Virus record (IMG/VR): IMGVR_UViG_3300031760_000006
Coordinates: 27,127 to 91,126 of that record
DNA length: 64,000 nt
Origin: a virus
Taxonomy: Duplodnaviria; Heunggongvirae; Uroviricota; Caudoviricetes
Strand: one strand, 5' to 3'
The notes under the pieces are model-generated. The model searched no databases and was not told the origin of the DNA. It worked only from the letters and a program-made list of their open reading frames with translations. Below are positions 49,968 through 59,392 of this stretch, one piece after another (position 1 is the stretch's first letter; each line of letters opens with the position of its first letter). A program made the translations under genes and the position numbers.

Positions 49968-50162
49968 TGGTTGCCTTTATGGTTGCCCTAAGAACAAAGA
50001 TAAAAAAAAGAAGTTTCAAAAACCGCATAAATACAAGGCTTCCAAAACTCCTTTACTAGTCGATAGGGGAATCGAACCCTTTGTAAAAACCGTTAAAATC
50101 GCATGAATATCTGCTATTTTAACCATTGCGTTTGGTTGCCTTTGGTGGCTTCATTGGTTGCC
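49968..50162. other. Putative intact attP: tRNA 3'-end-like core flanked by arm-type repeats
   Basis: TGGTTGCC at 49968, 49980, 50133 and 50155, variant TGGTGGCT at 50143; the minus strand of 50053-50082 reads agggttcgattcccctatcgacta (T-arm-like); lies directly downstream of the integrase. Confidence 0.65.
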
Positions 50163-50163
50163 C

Positions 50164-51354
50164 TTATACAATTTTAAATTCAACAATGTTGTCAATCATC
50201 GCTTGTTTTTGCATATCCGATTTTCTATCAAAGTGATAGTACTGTTCACTGGTCTTTATATCTGTGTGTCCCATAACAGAAATAATAAAATTGTTGTCAA
50301 AACCTTGGTCTAATAAAATACTGCAAAAGGTCTTGCGTAATTTATGAGTAGATTTTTCTTCAGTGAATTCGGGCAATTTTCTGCAAATACCATATAAGTG
50401 ATTCCTTAAAGAATAAGAGCGAATTCGTTTACCATTTTTCGAGCAGACATATTCAGAAAAAGGATTCAATTTTCGTAACTTTTTTACAATCCATGCATAT
50501 TGTTGCGGAATAAAAGCCGTTCTTATTCCAGCATCTGTCTTAGGTCTATCTGAAACTTCGTACACCCATTTATCACCTTTCTTGTAAAAGGTTTCAGTTC
50601 TTTGAACTTTAAATGAAGTGTCGGAAATGAAGTCATCAAATTTTAATGTTGACATTTCTCCAACACGCAATCCAGACAAAAGCATAAACAACAATGAAAG
50701 ATTGACCACTGTTTGATTGTCAATGACAAATCGTATAAAAGCACGAAGTTCTTTCTCTGTAATGATTTCTTTTGTTATGTCTTTTCTAGTTTTTTGTGGC
50801 ATTATGTCTACAAAATCGTATACCATAGAATAAGTATAAGTAATTAGTTTTTTCTTGGCTGCTCTTTTTAAAATTCCAGTTGTAACACCTTTAAAGTTTG
50901 ATAGTGCTTTGGCATTTAGAGAACATCTACCAATTTCATCCTCAATAAAATCAGAAAACTCATCTATATTTATATTCTCTATATTTTTTACATTCCAACC
51001 AGTAGAAACATAATGTCTTTTAAAAACAGTCCTATAACGATAAACAGTTGACGGTTTTATTGAATCGTTCTTAACCTTTCTGTCAATATATTCCTCAAAT
51101 AAATCTTCGATGGTAACCTTTTGAGACTCTTTTACTTCTTTAATAATTGCGTCTTCAAGTGCAGTTAATTTTCTTCGTTTAATCTGTCTTCTGCCCGACT
51201 TCTTCGAGCGGTCGGGCAGCCATGTGTAATAGTATCCTTTGTTCTCCCATATAGAATATGGGTGCATATTAAGATATTGTTCTCTCTTCTTTGCCATGAT
51301 TTCTGCTTGTATGTGTGCAAGTTCTATATTATCATCTTTTGACAAAAAATCCAA
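50164..51354 (-). CDS. int: Tyrosine integrase
   Basis: SGLRVGEMSTL (Arg), KTDAGIR (Lys), HKLRKTF (HxxR), MGHTDIKTSEQYY (His, Tyr). Confidence 0.95.
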   Translation of the reverse strand: MDFLSKDDNIELAHIQAEIMAKKREQYLNMHPYSIWENKGYYYTWLPDRSKKSGRRQIKRRKLTALEDAIIKEVKESQKVTIEDLFEEYIDRKVKNDSIKPSTVYRYRTVFKRHYVSTGWNVKNIENINIDEFSDFIEDEIGRCSLNAKALSNFKGVTTGILKRAAKKKLITYTYSMVYDFVDIMPQKTRKDITKEIITEKELRAFIRFVIDNQTVVNLSLLFMLLSGLRVGEMSTLKFDDFISDTSFKVQRTETFYKKGDKWVYEVSDRPKTDAGIRTAFIPQQYAWIVKKLRKLNPFSEYVCSKNGKRIRSYSLRNHLYGICRKLPEFTEEKSTHKLRKTFCSILLDQGFDNNFIISVMGHTDIKTSEQYYHFDRKSDMQKQAMIDNIVEFKIV

Positions 51355-51410
51355 TATCTCATTTATATCAATTTTTACATCTCTATCAATAAAGCATCAC
51401 TACCTGTTAT

Positions 51411-51581
51411 CTACATTAAAATAATAACAATATACATCAAAACAATTAACACAATGCCAACGATTCCACCAATTACATCGGTTTTAAAAATATCTATTGA
51501 ATACTTTAAGAGCATATAAAGATACATAAAAGAAGCTGGAATCACTAGTAACAATAATAATAATTTAAAACTGTCGTTCAT
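51411..51581 (-). CDS. Small two-helix membrane protein (56 aa, not in the ORF track)
   Basis: My translation: MNDSFKLLLLLLVIPASFMYLYMLLKYSIDIFKTDVIGGIVGIVLIVLMYIVIILM. Confidence 0.5.
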   Translation of the reverse strand: MNDSFKLLLLLLVIPASFMYLYMLLKYSIDIFKTDVIGGIVGIVLIVLMYIVIILM

Positions 51582-51645
51582 TACTTCTCATCAATAACTA
51601 CAGCCCTATCGGATAATAAACAATATATCGTTTACCATTGTCCAA

Positions 51646-51909
51646 CTACTGGTGTAATCTATCTCCTTTTTTATGTGCTATTTCTTCAGCATAAATCGGC
51701 TTCCACTTTTCATTCGGCTCTGTGTCTGTCGAAACGAAATCAAAACAATAATTCTCTTGCTCTTCAGTCAACAACATTTCTAATGCACCAAGAATTCTGT
51801 CCTTGACATCTTCTTTACCATAGCTATTACATAACATATCAATGAACCATTCAATCTGTTCAGAACTAATTAAAATACCTTTCATATCTTTTCTCCTTTT
51901 ATTCTTCAA
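51646..51909 (-). CDS. Hypothetical protein
   Basis: ORF in the minus-strand early cluster. Confidence 0.5.
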   Translation of the reverse strand: MKNKRRKDMKGILISSEQIEWFIDMLCNSYGKEDVKDRILGALEMLLTEEQENYCFDFVSTDTEPNEKWKPIYAEEIAHKKGDRLHQ

Positions 51910-52285
51910 TCCAGCTTGGCAACTCAGGCGTATATGCCCACGCTAAAATAAAATTAACAGGTACTGGCTCTCCATCACGATAATAAAACTTACTATTCCT
52001 CACATTAGCGAGTTTTGAAAATACTTTTTTGTGAAATCTTAATAACAGTAAGCACTCTTTATTTTCAATCGGAGTTTCATCAAGCTTATGCCAGAAATCG
52101 TTATAAGGAAGAAGTTCACTACGGATATACCAAAACTGATTGTTTTTACCAGTATCTACTTCGTATTCACATTCGCCATTTTCATACTCTTCAATAGCAC
52201 AAATAATACCAATTTTCCCAACCTCATTAGAATTAAAAACCCCAGATGGTTCTTTCGTGATTATTACTTTATCGCCTGTTTTCAT
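51899..52285 (-). CDS. Hypothetical protein (KOW/SH3-like N-terminus)
   Basis: MKTGDKVII..VGKIGII; overlaps neighbouring genes. Confidence 0.55.
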   Translation of the reverse strand: MKTGDKVIITKEPSGVFNSNEVGKIGIICAIEEYENGECEYEVDTGKNNQFWYIRSELLPYNDFWHKLDETPIENKECLLLLRFHKKVFSKLANVRNSKFYYRDGEPVPVNFILAWAYTPELPSWIEE

Positions 52286-52413
52286 TCTTTCTCCTCTACT
52301 TTGTGTTCTTTGATATAAATTGCGTTGTATCTTTGGATATCAATTTCTCCGTTTTTGATTGTGCCTACGGTTACAGACGTTGCATCATCAGGAATCTCAA
52401 TTATTATCTTCAT
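52282..52413 (-). CDS. Small hypothetical protein (43 aa, not in the ORF track)
   Basis: MKIIIEIPDDATSVTVGTIKNGEIDIQRYNAIYIKEHKVEEKE; its stop overlaps the next start (ATGA). Confidence 0.5.
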   Translation of the reverse strand: MKIIIEIPDDATSVTVGTIKNGEIDIQRYNAIYIKEHKVEEKE

Positions 52414-52798
52414 TTTCTGTCTCCTTCAGCATATCTTCTAAAAGCTTTTCTGTTATTGAATCGTCATAGTTGTACATACCTTCGTATTTTTCTACATCAT
52501 CTTCTATACCTTCTTTGGTTTCATCTTTGAATTCATCTTTGGTTTCATCTTTGGTTTCATCTTTGGGTTCATCTTTGGTTTCCACAATATTATGCAATCT
52601 ACAAAAGGTATTAAACATAAAATCAAGACCATCGCTAAACATCTGTCTGCAAATAACCTTTGCGTCCACGTCTGGGGATGTTGCTTCAAGAGTCCCCTGT
52701 ATATACCCGAAGTTTAAACAGGTTTTATTAAATTCTTTTAAATCATTTACGAAGTTGTTTGTACAATCTGTACAATCATTTTTATAATTACTCATCAA
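52397..52798 (-). CDS. Hypothetical acidic protein with a 12-nt tandem repeat (KDET-like units)
   Basis: KDEPKDETKDETKDEFKDETKE encoded at ~52513-52582. Confidence 0.6.
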   Translation of the reverse strand: MMSNYKNDCTDCTNNFVNDLKEFNKTCLNFGYIQGTLEATSPDVDAKVICRQMFSDGLDFMFNTFCRLHNIVETKDEPKDETKDETKDEFKDETKEGIEDDVEKYEGMYNYDDSITEKLLEDMLKETENEDNN

Positions 52799-53459
52799 TA
52801 AACCCCTCTTTTATACCTGTTTTTGTCCAGTCAGTTGCGATTGTTTTTAATTCACCATTCTTCTCTTTCTCAATCCATTCATCAAGTGTAAGTGGAATGT
52901 AATCACTATACACACAGAAACAGTTAATCATTTGTATCGGTGTGTATACTGCCTTTTCTTCTCTGTAAATCTTACGTTTATAGTCTTTAGTGATTTCTTT
53001 ATACTTCTCAACTATTCCAACATCAGGCGAATTGTGGATATGACCATGAAGCATCCATGTTGTGAACTCTCCGTCTTTATTTCTGAACTGTCCGTTATAA
53101 CAGAAAATAGGATAATGACTGAGAATCACCTTTCTTTTGTTATCGTTCATTTCGTGATATGGAGCAATTAATCTGAAGCAATGATGTTTCTCGTTATCAT
53201 ATTTCTTCAGCCATTTATCATGGTTTCCCACAATTAAGTATTTTTTACCCTTAAGTTGTCTTAGAATATCCATTGTTTGTTCTGTATTTCCAATTGAGAA
53301 ATCGCCAAGAATAACTACTTCATCACCACGCTGGACTCTGGAATTCCACTGTTTAATCATGTAATCATGCATCTCCTCAAGGGAGTTGAACGGACGGTTG
53401 TCCATCCGCTCAATTACTCCTTTGTGGAAGAAGTGATTGTCTGAAATGTAATATCTCAT
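52788..53459 (-). CDS. Calcineurin-like metallophosphoesterase
   Basis: SDNHF, LGDF, VGNHD, LSHYP, LHGHIH motifs. Confidence 0.9.
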   Translation of the reverse strand: MRYYISDNHFFHKGVIERMDNRPFNSLEEMHDYMIKQWNSRVQRGDEVVILGDFSIGNTEQTMDILRQLKGKKYLIVGNHDKWLKKYDNEKHHCFRLIAPYHEMNDNKRKVILSHYPIFCYNGQFRNKDGEFTTWMLHGHIHNSPDVGIVEKYKEITKDYKRKIYREEKAVYTPIQMINCFCVYSDYIPLTLDEWIEKEKNGELKTIATDWTKTGIKEGFIDE

Positions 53460-53481
53460 TTAAACCTCCCTAAATAAATTA

Positions 53482-53721
53482 TTATTTTTGTCCAAAAGTA
53501 AAAGCATAAATTACTAGTGCTATGCCAATAAATAAACCACAATAATAAGCCAAACTTGTGTTGTTTACTTTTGTTAGTAAGAAATGTGAACAATAGATTA
53601 CTAACCAAGAGCCGAAAAAAACCTCAATGCTAGACACATTTTTTAAATAAACAGCCAAAGAAAGAGTGATTATGCCAAGTAATAATCCAACAATTGGAAG
53701 AATAGTTACAATGTCTTTCAT
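53482..53721 (-). CDS. Small membrane protein
   Basis: 79 aa, three hydrophobic segments, RBS ggagg. Confidence 0.6.
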   Translation of the reverse strand: MKDIVTILPIVGLLLGIITLSLAVYLKNVSSIEVFFGSWLVIYCSHFLLTKVNNTSLAYYCGLFIGIALVIYAFTFGQK

Positions 53722-53729
53722 AAATCCTC

Positions 53730-53927
53730 CTACTGAATTCCTGTGCTACCAAAACCACCACGAGATTTGCTCTTTAAAATATCTACTTCTTCGAAGATAA
53801 TCGGTGGCTGTGATTTCATAATGCGGAACTGACAAATACGGTCATTCTTATGAATGGTAACATCTCTAGTTGCGTAAACAGGATATTTCCAAATGTCCTC
53901 ATTACCGTTGTAAGAGTTATCAATTAT
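53730..53927 (-). CDS. dut: dUTPase exon 2 (65 aa plus stop)
   Basis: IIDNSYNGNEDIWKYP..DRICQFRI..RGGFGSTGIQ: dUTPase motifs 3 (second half), 4 and 5. Confidence 0.9.
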   Translation of the reverse strand: MIDNSYNGNEDIWKYPVYATRDVTIHKNDRICQFRIMKSQPPIIFEEVDILKSKSRGGFGSTGIQ

Positions 53928-55406
53928 CAGTTTTGTTACCCTAAAGGCTTTTTATCCTTTAGTTCTTACACTTTGCCATTGTGCAAGCTCGGCGTACATT
54001 TTCACTCTATTAATTGCTGAAAGTGCCAGACACTCTTGCCAAAATTATATTTATTCATTTGGTACGCTCTACGGTGCTACACAGCCTTTCGCAATCTGTG
54101 TAGTTACCTCGGTATTACCCCTTGATGTAAATAGGAGGGCTTCACCGATTTTGCCCGGTAATCCTCTTGTCACATATCAGCATAGTGGCAAGACGGCATA
54201 TTTATAATAAAGTACAATTTGCTTATCTCTGGTCTTCTCACTTGTTTCAATATAATTAATAAACCACATTGCGGCATCGTATTTTCGTGTCAAATAGTAT
54301 TTTCCGCAATCGTTATATATTAATTTTAAAGCTGCGTATAACGAAGTTTTATTGGATATCACCAAACTCCCAAAAACATCTCCAGATTTATTTGTATACT
54401 TCTTTCTTTTATCAACTGTAAAAGTTGAAAAAATGTTTTTGGTGCGAAAAAATTGTTGAATCTTTCTCATATTCGATTCAAAACCAGCAATTGAAAATGT
54501 AACTTCGGGTATTTTCTTTTTGGTAATGCTACCATCTCCGTCAATATATCCTCGAATAAAAGCAGGCATATATTTTTCATCAATATTTGCAATTGTGTTC
54601 CCGTATGTTTTTCTTTCGTGAAGTCCAACATTTTCAATGTCTTCAACGATTTTATTGCTACTTATTTCTAATGACACATATTCTCTTTTACTTTTCTTCT
54701 TTGTAAAATACCCTAGTGGCTTATTTGTCTTTAATGCTTCTTGTAATTTTATTAAGACCTCTTCATCATTTTTTTGTATACTGATTCTCAAAATATTTTG
54801 CTTATTAGGTGTATTTGGTTTATAAATACAACCGTCAGATGCTATAAATCCTAAAAAATAAGCTTTATCTTGTGAATCTATTTTTTTAAAATAATCTTCA
54901 TTGTCCAGATAATATATTCTTCTTTCTTTACCGATTAAACCATATTGATACCAAACTTGAGCTATCTTAGATGACGATACATTAAATTGCTTTGCCAATT
55001 GAACACTAGTCATTCTTTCATATTGGCTGACTATATATTTTTCTTGCTCCTCGGTTAAAACTGGAACACGGGCGGTATTTATGCCATGTTTTTTTGCATA
55101 GTTATAGATGGTCGCTGTGGATACACCATAGTATTTGCTCACTTGTGTCCAAGAGCCGCATCTGTCATACATTTTTAGTAATTCTTCTCTTCCTGGGTCT
55201 TCGAAAGTCTTTCTTATAAAAACCCCATGCTTATTTCTATACCCTCTTACCGTAGAAGCTGCAATGCCAAGTTCTTTAGCTAGTTCAGTTGATGATTTAT
55301 ACGGCTTTTTCATGATTTCTTCAATCATTTTATCTGTCAGTTTTTTAATAAGTTTCACCTCTTCTATTATTGAAGAGAAAGCAAATTGTATTAATATAAA
55401 TTACAT
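53928..55406 (-). ncRNA. Group I (IA-like) self-splicing intron, 1479 nt, in dut
   Basis: 5' site after U (ggU/), terminal omega-G. Pairings: P3 ccgggca/ugucugg, P4 ucggu/accga, P6a cuacacag/cuguguag, P7 G(A)GCGUAC/GUACGCC, P8 cacuuu/agagug, P9 cuugcac/guguaag. Splicing restores NSTG-IIDNSY in frame. Confidence 0.9.
54177..55358 (-). CDS. Intron-encoded double-motif LAGLIDADG homing endonuclease with N-terminal HTH repeats
   Basis: AYFLGFIASDGCI and FIRGYIDGDGSI motifs; lies inside the intron, 5' of the catalytic core. Confidence 0.9.
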   Translation of the reverse strand: MKLIKKLTDKMIEEIMKKPYKSSTELAKELGIAASTVRGYRNKHGVFIRKTFEDPGREELLKMYDRCGSWTQVSKYYGVSTATIYNYAKKHGINTARVPVLTEEQEKYIVSQYERMTSVQLAKQFNVSSSKIAQVWYQYGLIGKERRIYYLDNEDYFKKIDSQDKAYFLGFIASDGCIYKPNTPNKQNILRISIQKNDEEVLIKLQEALKTNKPLGYFTKKKSKREYVSLEISSNKIVEDIENVGLHERKTYGNTIANIDEKYMPAFIRGYIDGDGSITKKKIPEVTFSIAGFESNMRKIQQFFRTKNIFSTFTVDKRKKYTNKSGDVFGSLVISNKTSLYAALKLIYNDCGKYYLTRKYDAAMWFINYIETSEKTRDKQIVLYYKYAVLPLC

Positions 55407-55988
55407 ACCCGTTGAGTTAACTTGTATAGTTCCGAAATTCTTAAAAGTGCTGCTTCTTGGGGCAACGTGTGCTTCATATCCTTTTGGCAGGCTCATGGAA
55501 ACACCAAGAGAAATCAACTTGAAATCGCCCTTCTTTAATTCAACGTCTTCAGCGGCTCTAAGGTCAATCCAATCACTGCCCGGTTTTTGCTCCACACGAA
55601 TCAATTCATCATCGTGGTATTTAATTTTAATCTTCTTACTGGCATTGATTCTTCGTCTTTCTTCTTCTGTGATGTCATCCGCAATAACTCCCTGTTTTAC
55701 AAGCGACTTCATGATTTTGTTGAAGTTGTGGACAACAATTTTGGCTACCTCGTTGGTGTGAATATCCCCGTTGTAAAATGGCAAATAATCTTCGTTATTA
55801 GCATTAGTGACTCTGTACCATAAGTTGTAGCCTTTATCTGCAACATAGATGTATTTAACATTTAATCTAATCAGATTCTCATACAGATATCTCTGAAAGT
55901 GATAGTTGTCACCAACTTTGGTGAATCCTGCTTCGGTGAATAATTTTTCAGTTACATAGTTTGGTGATTTGAATTTTAAAATTTCCAT
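55407..55988 (-). CDS. dut: dUTPase exon 1, with a ~115-aa N-terminal extra domain
   Basis: [11 protein letters not shown] (motif 1), APRSSTFK (motif 2), QVNSTG (start of motif 3). Confidence 0.9.
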
Positions 55989-55998
55989 GATGTCTCCT

Positions 55999-56631
55999 TC
56001 ATTTTGTTAAGTTCTTTTTTAAATAGGTAATGTACTCGTTCCACATACCATTGAAGTGTATGTATTCCTTTAGTTGTCGTGACATTTTGTGCAATCGGAT
56101 ATCTTTGTCAATGTCTTTTATCCGCTTACTTTTTGCCACTTTTTTGTCAATAAATTCCTTTGTAAGTTTTGCTAGTTCGAGTGTTTGGCTCTTATCTATT
56201 CGAGCAATTGTCTTCTTGTATTCTTCCAAATCAGAAGGTGGAATGTGGTAATCTGACTTCGGGAGGTTCTTGGTAGAGAACGGACGAACATTCTTACCCA
56301 TGACCTGTGCTTTCATCTCTTGGGCGAAGAATTCAATATCCTTCGCCCTAAAATAAATGCTACCTTCGCCATCCATCTCTCTTGATTTGACGATGGCGAT
56401 GTCTTTTTCATTGGCAATTTTAAGCATTTTATTAAACTTGGTGATTGAAGTAACCCACGCTTCTAAGATGTCTCTGCTGTAGTGAGAGATTTCGCCATAT
56501 TTGCAAGGTATATAAAAATCTTCAGTTTCAATTCTTCCTTCCATATCTCTAGGGAAGTCATTAGTGTTTTGGTCAATAGGAACTAAGATTCTGTATTTGC
56601 CGTAGAATTTTTGATATAAGTATTTGCTCAT
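55999..56631 (-). CDS. Hypothetical protein
   Basis: 210-aa ORF coupled to nrdG. Confidence 0.65.
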   Translation of the reverse strand: MSKYLYQKFYGKYRILVPIDQNTNDFPRDMEGRIETEDFYIPCKYGEISHYSRDILEAWVTSITKFNKMLKIANEKDIAIVKSREMDGEGSIYFRAKDIEFFAQEMKAQVMGKNVRPFSTKNLPKSDYHIPPSDLEEYKKTIARIDKSQTLELAKLTKEFIDKKVAKSKRIKDIDKDIRLHKMSRQLKEYIHFNGMWNEYITYLKKNLTK

Positions 56632-57128
56632 TTATTACTCCATAAGATTATTTTGTCATTGTCAACAGTTTTCTTGACATCAATTACTCTTTGGTTAGAA
56701 CTTCCTCTGTATGGTAACGTAATATCTTTTTTGTCTATTTCGAATCTTCCGTCAATTAAAATATCAATGCCGTCAGAGATAGACTTTTCAATATCTTCAT
56801 ACAAATATCCAGTCCATACCCACACCTTAATAGACGGATATTTTTGTTTTATTGTGGCGATTAATTTGTTAACAAATCTAATGTTAAGTCCGCATAATGG
56901 CTCACCGCCAAGAATTGATAAATTTCTTAGAATACCATTCTTATTAATTGCCCTAATCACTTTGTTTATCAACACTTCTTCATCAATTTCTTTGCCACCG
57001 TTGAAATCCCAAGTTTCGGGATTAAAACATCCTTCGCAGTGGTGCGGGCATCCTTGCATAAACAAGGACACCGCTACACCTTCACCACCATTTACAACAT
57101 CGTTTTCAATTATTCCTGCGTATTTCAC
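56628..57128 (-). CDS. nrdG: Anaerobic ribonucleotide reductase activase (radical SAM)
   Basis: GCPHHCEGCFNPETWDF; LSILGGEPL; YRGSSNQRVID. Confidence 0.95.
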   Translation of the reverse strand: MKYAGIIENDVVNGGEGVAVSLFMQGCPHHCEGCFNPETWDFNGGKEIDEEVLINKVIRAINKNGILRNLSILGGEPLCGLNIRFVNKLIATIKQKYPSIKVWVWTGYLYEDIEKSISDGIDILIDGRFEIDKKDITLPYRGSSNQRVIDVKKTVDNDKIILWSNK

Positions 57129-59392
57129 TGGTGCTTCACTCTCGCTCTCGTCTCTTCCTGTTTGCCTTTATTAAAAGCGGTAGTATAATTGCCTGTAAGA
57201 TACCCAGTGACTCGTCTTAACTGTTCAATATTATGACTTCCACACATAGGACATTCATCATTGAATTCGCCAGTAAATCCGCATTCTAAACAGGTATCGT
57301 TTGGCACGTTGATTGCGAAGTAAGGAATATCTTTCTCCATTGCATATAAAACAATCTGTTCTAACGCTTTAAGATTATGTTTAACAGCACCGTCAAGTTC
57401 TACATATGTGATGCATCCAGCAGACGAATACCCAGTTAACTGAGATTCAATATCAATCTTTTCAAATGGACTCATGTTTTTCCAAACAGGAACGTGCATC
57501 GAATTAGTAAAGAATTCTCTATCGGATACATTTTTGATTACACCATATTTATCTTTAAACTTGTTCATAGCGGTATAACAAAGCGATTCGGCGGGAGTAT
57601 AATAAACACCGAAATTCAGCTTATATTTCTGTTTGAATTCTGCACATCTGTCTTTAAATAACTGCTCGATTCTTTTAGCAAGTTCCATGCCTTTTTCTGT
57701 GGTATGGTCTGTACCAATGAGAATCTGAAGAGCTTCGGCTAATCCAAGCTGTCCAATTACGATTGTGCCATGTTTTAAAGCGGAGCGAATTCCCTCTTCG
57801 GGTTTGTATCCAAGCATTGTACCATTTTCATACATGAACTTTGCAGATTCAGGAGATTGATTACAAATCCATTCAAATCGCTCAATCAACATATCTTTTG
57901 CTTCATGGATTTTCTGGTCAAGCATATCTAAAAAATTTTCAATTAAATTATAAGAAGATTCTTCACTATTAGATAATTTTGCAAAAATTTCAATTTTTTC
58001 TTTTGCTTCCATAGCAAGAGTAGGAAGAATAATTGTCACGGGACAAATGTTGCCTCTTCCGTCTTTTGTTTGTGGGTTAACACCTTCTTCTGCGTTGATG
58101 TCATTAAGATTGGCAGTCCGACATCCCATCGTGCTAAAATATGTTTTGGGGTCATTGATATCGTACCCAGCGTTACCGCTCCAATCGACATTGGCGTAAT
58201 TCGGATACAATCTTTTTGCTGTAGACTCCAAAGCTAACTGGAACAAATCGTAGTTTGGGTCGCCTTCTTTTTGATTAACGCCTTTCATACTCTGGAAAAT
58301 ACCACACGGGAAAATCGGAGTCTTATGAAGTTTGCCAACACCCTTGATACTACCTTCAAGCAAGGCTTTTGTAACCATGCGACCCTCTGGAAGTGTACAA
58401 GTACCGTAATTAATTGAAGTAAAAGGAAGCTGGTTCCCCGAGCGGCTTTGAAGTGTGTTGAGATTGTGGTATAATCCTTCCACTGCCTGTTCTAATTCTT
58501 TTTTGGTCATATCCATTGCATATTTATAAGTGGCAGAATAAATTCCAATTCGTTTAAAGTATTTGTCATCGTCAATGCTTTTATCTTCTTCAACGCATTC
58601 AAGCCAAAAACCTTCTGCAGCCGTTTCGTTCCATTGAGATATATAAATTAATCCATCCTTAAAGTGTTTATAAAAACTTTTTCTTACATAAGGAACCATT
58701 GTCCAATCAAGATGAGTGGCACTTACACCGCCAAACTGCTGTAAACTTTGAATCTGGAAGATTACAGCAACAAGCTGAAATGCGGTATTGATTGAATTAG
58801 CAGGTCTGACATCCGTCTGACGAGTCTTAAATCCATTAGCAAGTAAATCATCAAACGGTACACTTAAACAGTTATGCATCCCAACGGCATAAGAATCTAA
58901 ATCATGAATATAAATCTCATTATTCAAATGATTATTTCTTGCCATTTCCGACATACAGTTATTTAAGGCATAATCTTTTAATACCATTGAACCAGCTTCA
59001 CCGATTCTTCCACCAAAGCTATGCTCATCAACATTAGCATTCTGATTGACAACATTGGATGCCTCAATTTTTTCTTTATAATCTTTCATTAGTTTCGTAT
59101 TGTACTGACGTACTCGATTACGCTTGTCTCTGTATAAGATGTATGCTCTTGCCACATCCTTACGATTGGAAGCCATAAGCTTTTCTTCAACAATGTTCTG
59201 AATCTCTTCAACACTCATGGATTCTTTGTTAAGCTTTTCAATGTAGTTAGCAATTTCCGAAGCTTTTCTGCTTGCCGACTCTGTCAATTCGCCATCAACA
59301 TCTTGAAAAGCATTAAACAATGCTTCTCGTATTCTCTGTTTATTAAATTCTACTTCTCGTCCGTCTCTCTTAATTACTCGCATTCTCTTCAT
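57125..59392 (-). CDS. nrdD: Class III anaerobic ribonucleotide reductase with ATP-cone
   Basis: VIKRDGREVEFN ATP-cone, YIHDLD, MGCRT, GRGNI, CLECG..CPMCG, RRVTGYL glycyl-radical motif; no intein evident. Confidence 0.97.
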   Translation of the reverse strand: MKRMRVIKRDGREVEFNKQRIREALFNAFQDVDGELTESASRKASEIANYIEKLNKESMSVEEIQNIVEEKLMASNRKDVARAYILYRDKRNRVRQYNTKLMKDYKEKIEASNVVNQNANVDEHSFGGRIGEAGSMVLKDYALNNCMSEMARNNHLNNEIYIHDLDSYAVGMHNCLSVPFDDLLANGFKTRQTDVRPANSINTAFQLVAVIFQIQSLQQFGGVSATHLDWTMVPYVRKSFYKHFKDGLIYISQWNETAAEGFWLECVEEDKSIDDDKYFKRIGIYSATYKYAMDMTKKELEQAVEGLYHNLNTLQSRSGNQLPFTSINYGTCTLPEGRMVTKALLEGSIKGVGKLHKTPIFPCGIFQSMKGVNQKEGDPNYDLFQLALESTAKRLYPNYANVDWSGNAGYDINDPKTYFSTMGCRTANLNDINAEEGVNPQTKDGRGNICPVTIILPTLAMEAKEKIEIFAKLSNSEESSYNLIENFLDMLDQKIHEAKDMLIERFEWICNQSPESAKFMYENGTMLGYKPEEGIRSALKHGTIVIGQLGLAEALQILIGTDHTTEKGMELAKRIEQLFKDRCAEFKQKYKLNFGVYYTPAESLCYTAMNKFKDKYGVIKNVSDREFFTNSMHVPVWKNMSPFEKIDIESQLTGYSSAGCITYVELDGAVKHNLKALEQIVLYAMEKDIPYFAINVPNDTCLECGFTGEFNDECPMCGSHNIEQLRRVTGYLTGNYTTAFNKGKQEETRARVKHQ

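Noticed and set aside
50050-50125. Complete tRNA gene
   Set aside because: Only a T-arm and 3' acceptor-like segment are present; no D-arm, anticodon arm or complementary 5' strand.
49642-50163. Prophage-host junction (attL/attR)
   Set aside because: Both flanks are phage-type genes and arm repeats lie on both sides of the core.
51599-51648. Read-through of the TAG ending ORF 51646-51909
   Set aside because: Only about 15 further codons before another TAG, and no homology evidence.
57125-59392. Intein or intron in nrdD
   Set aside because: Continuous 755-aa ORF of normal length with all motifs in order.
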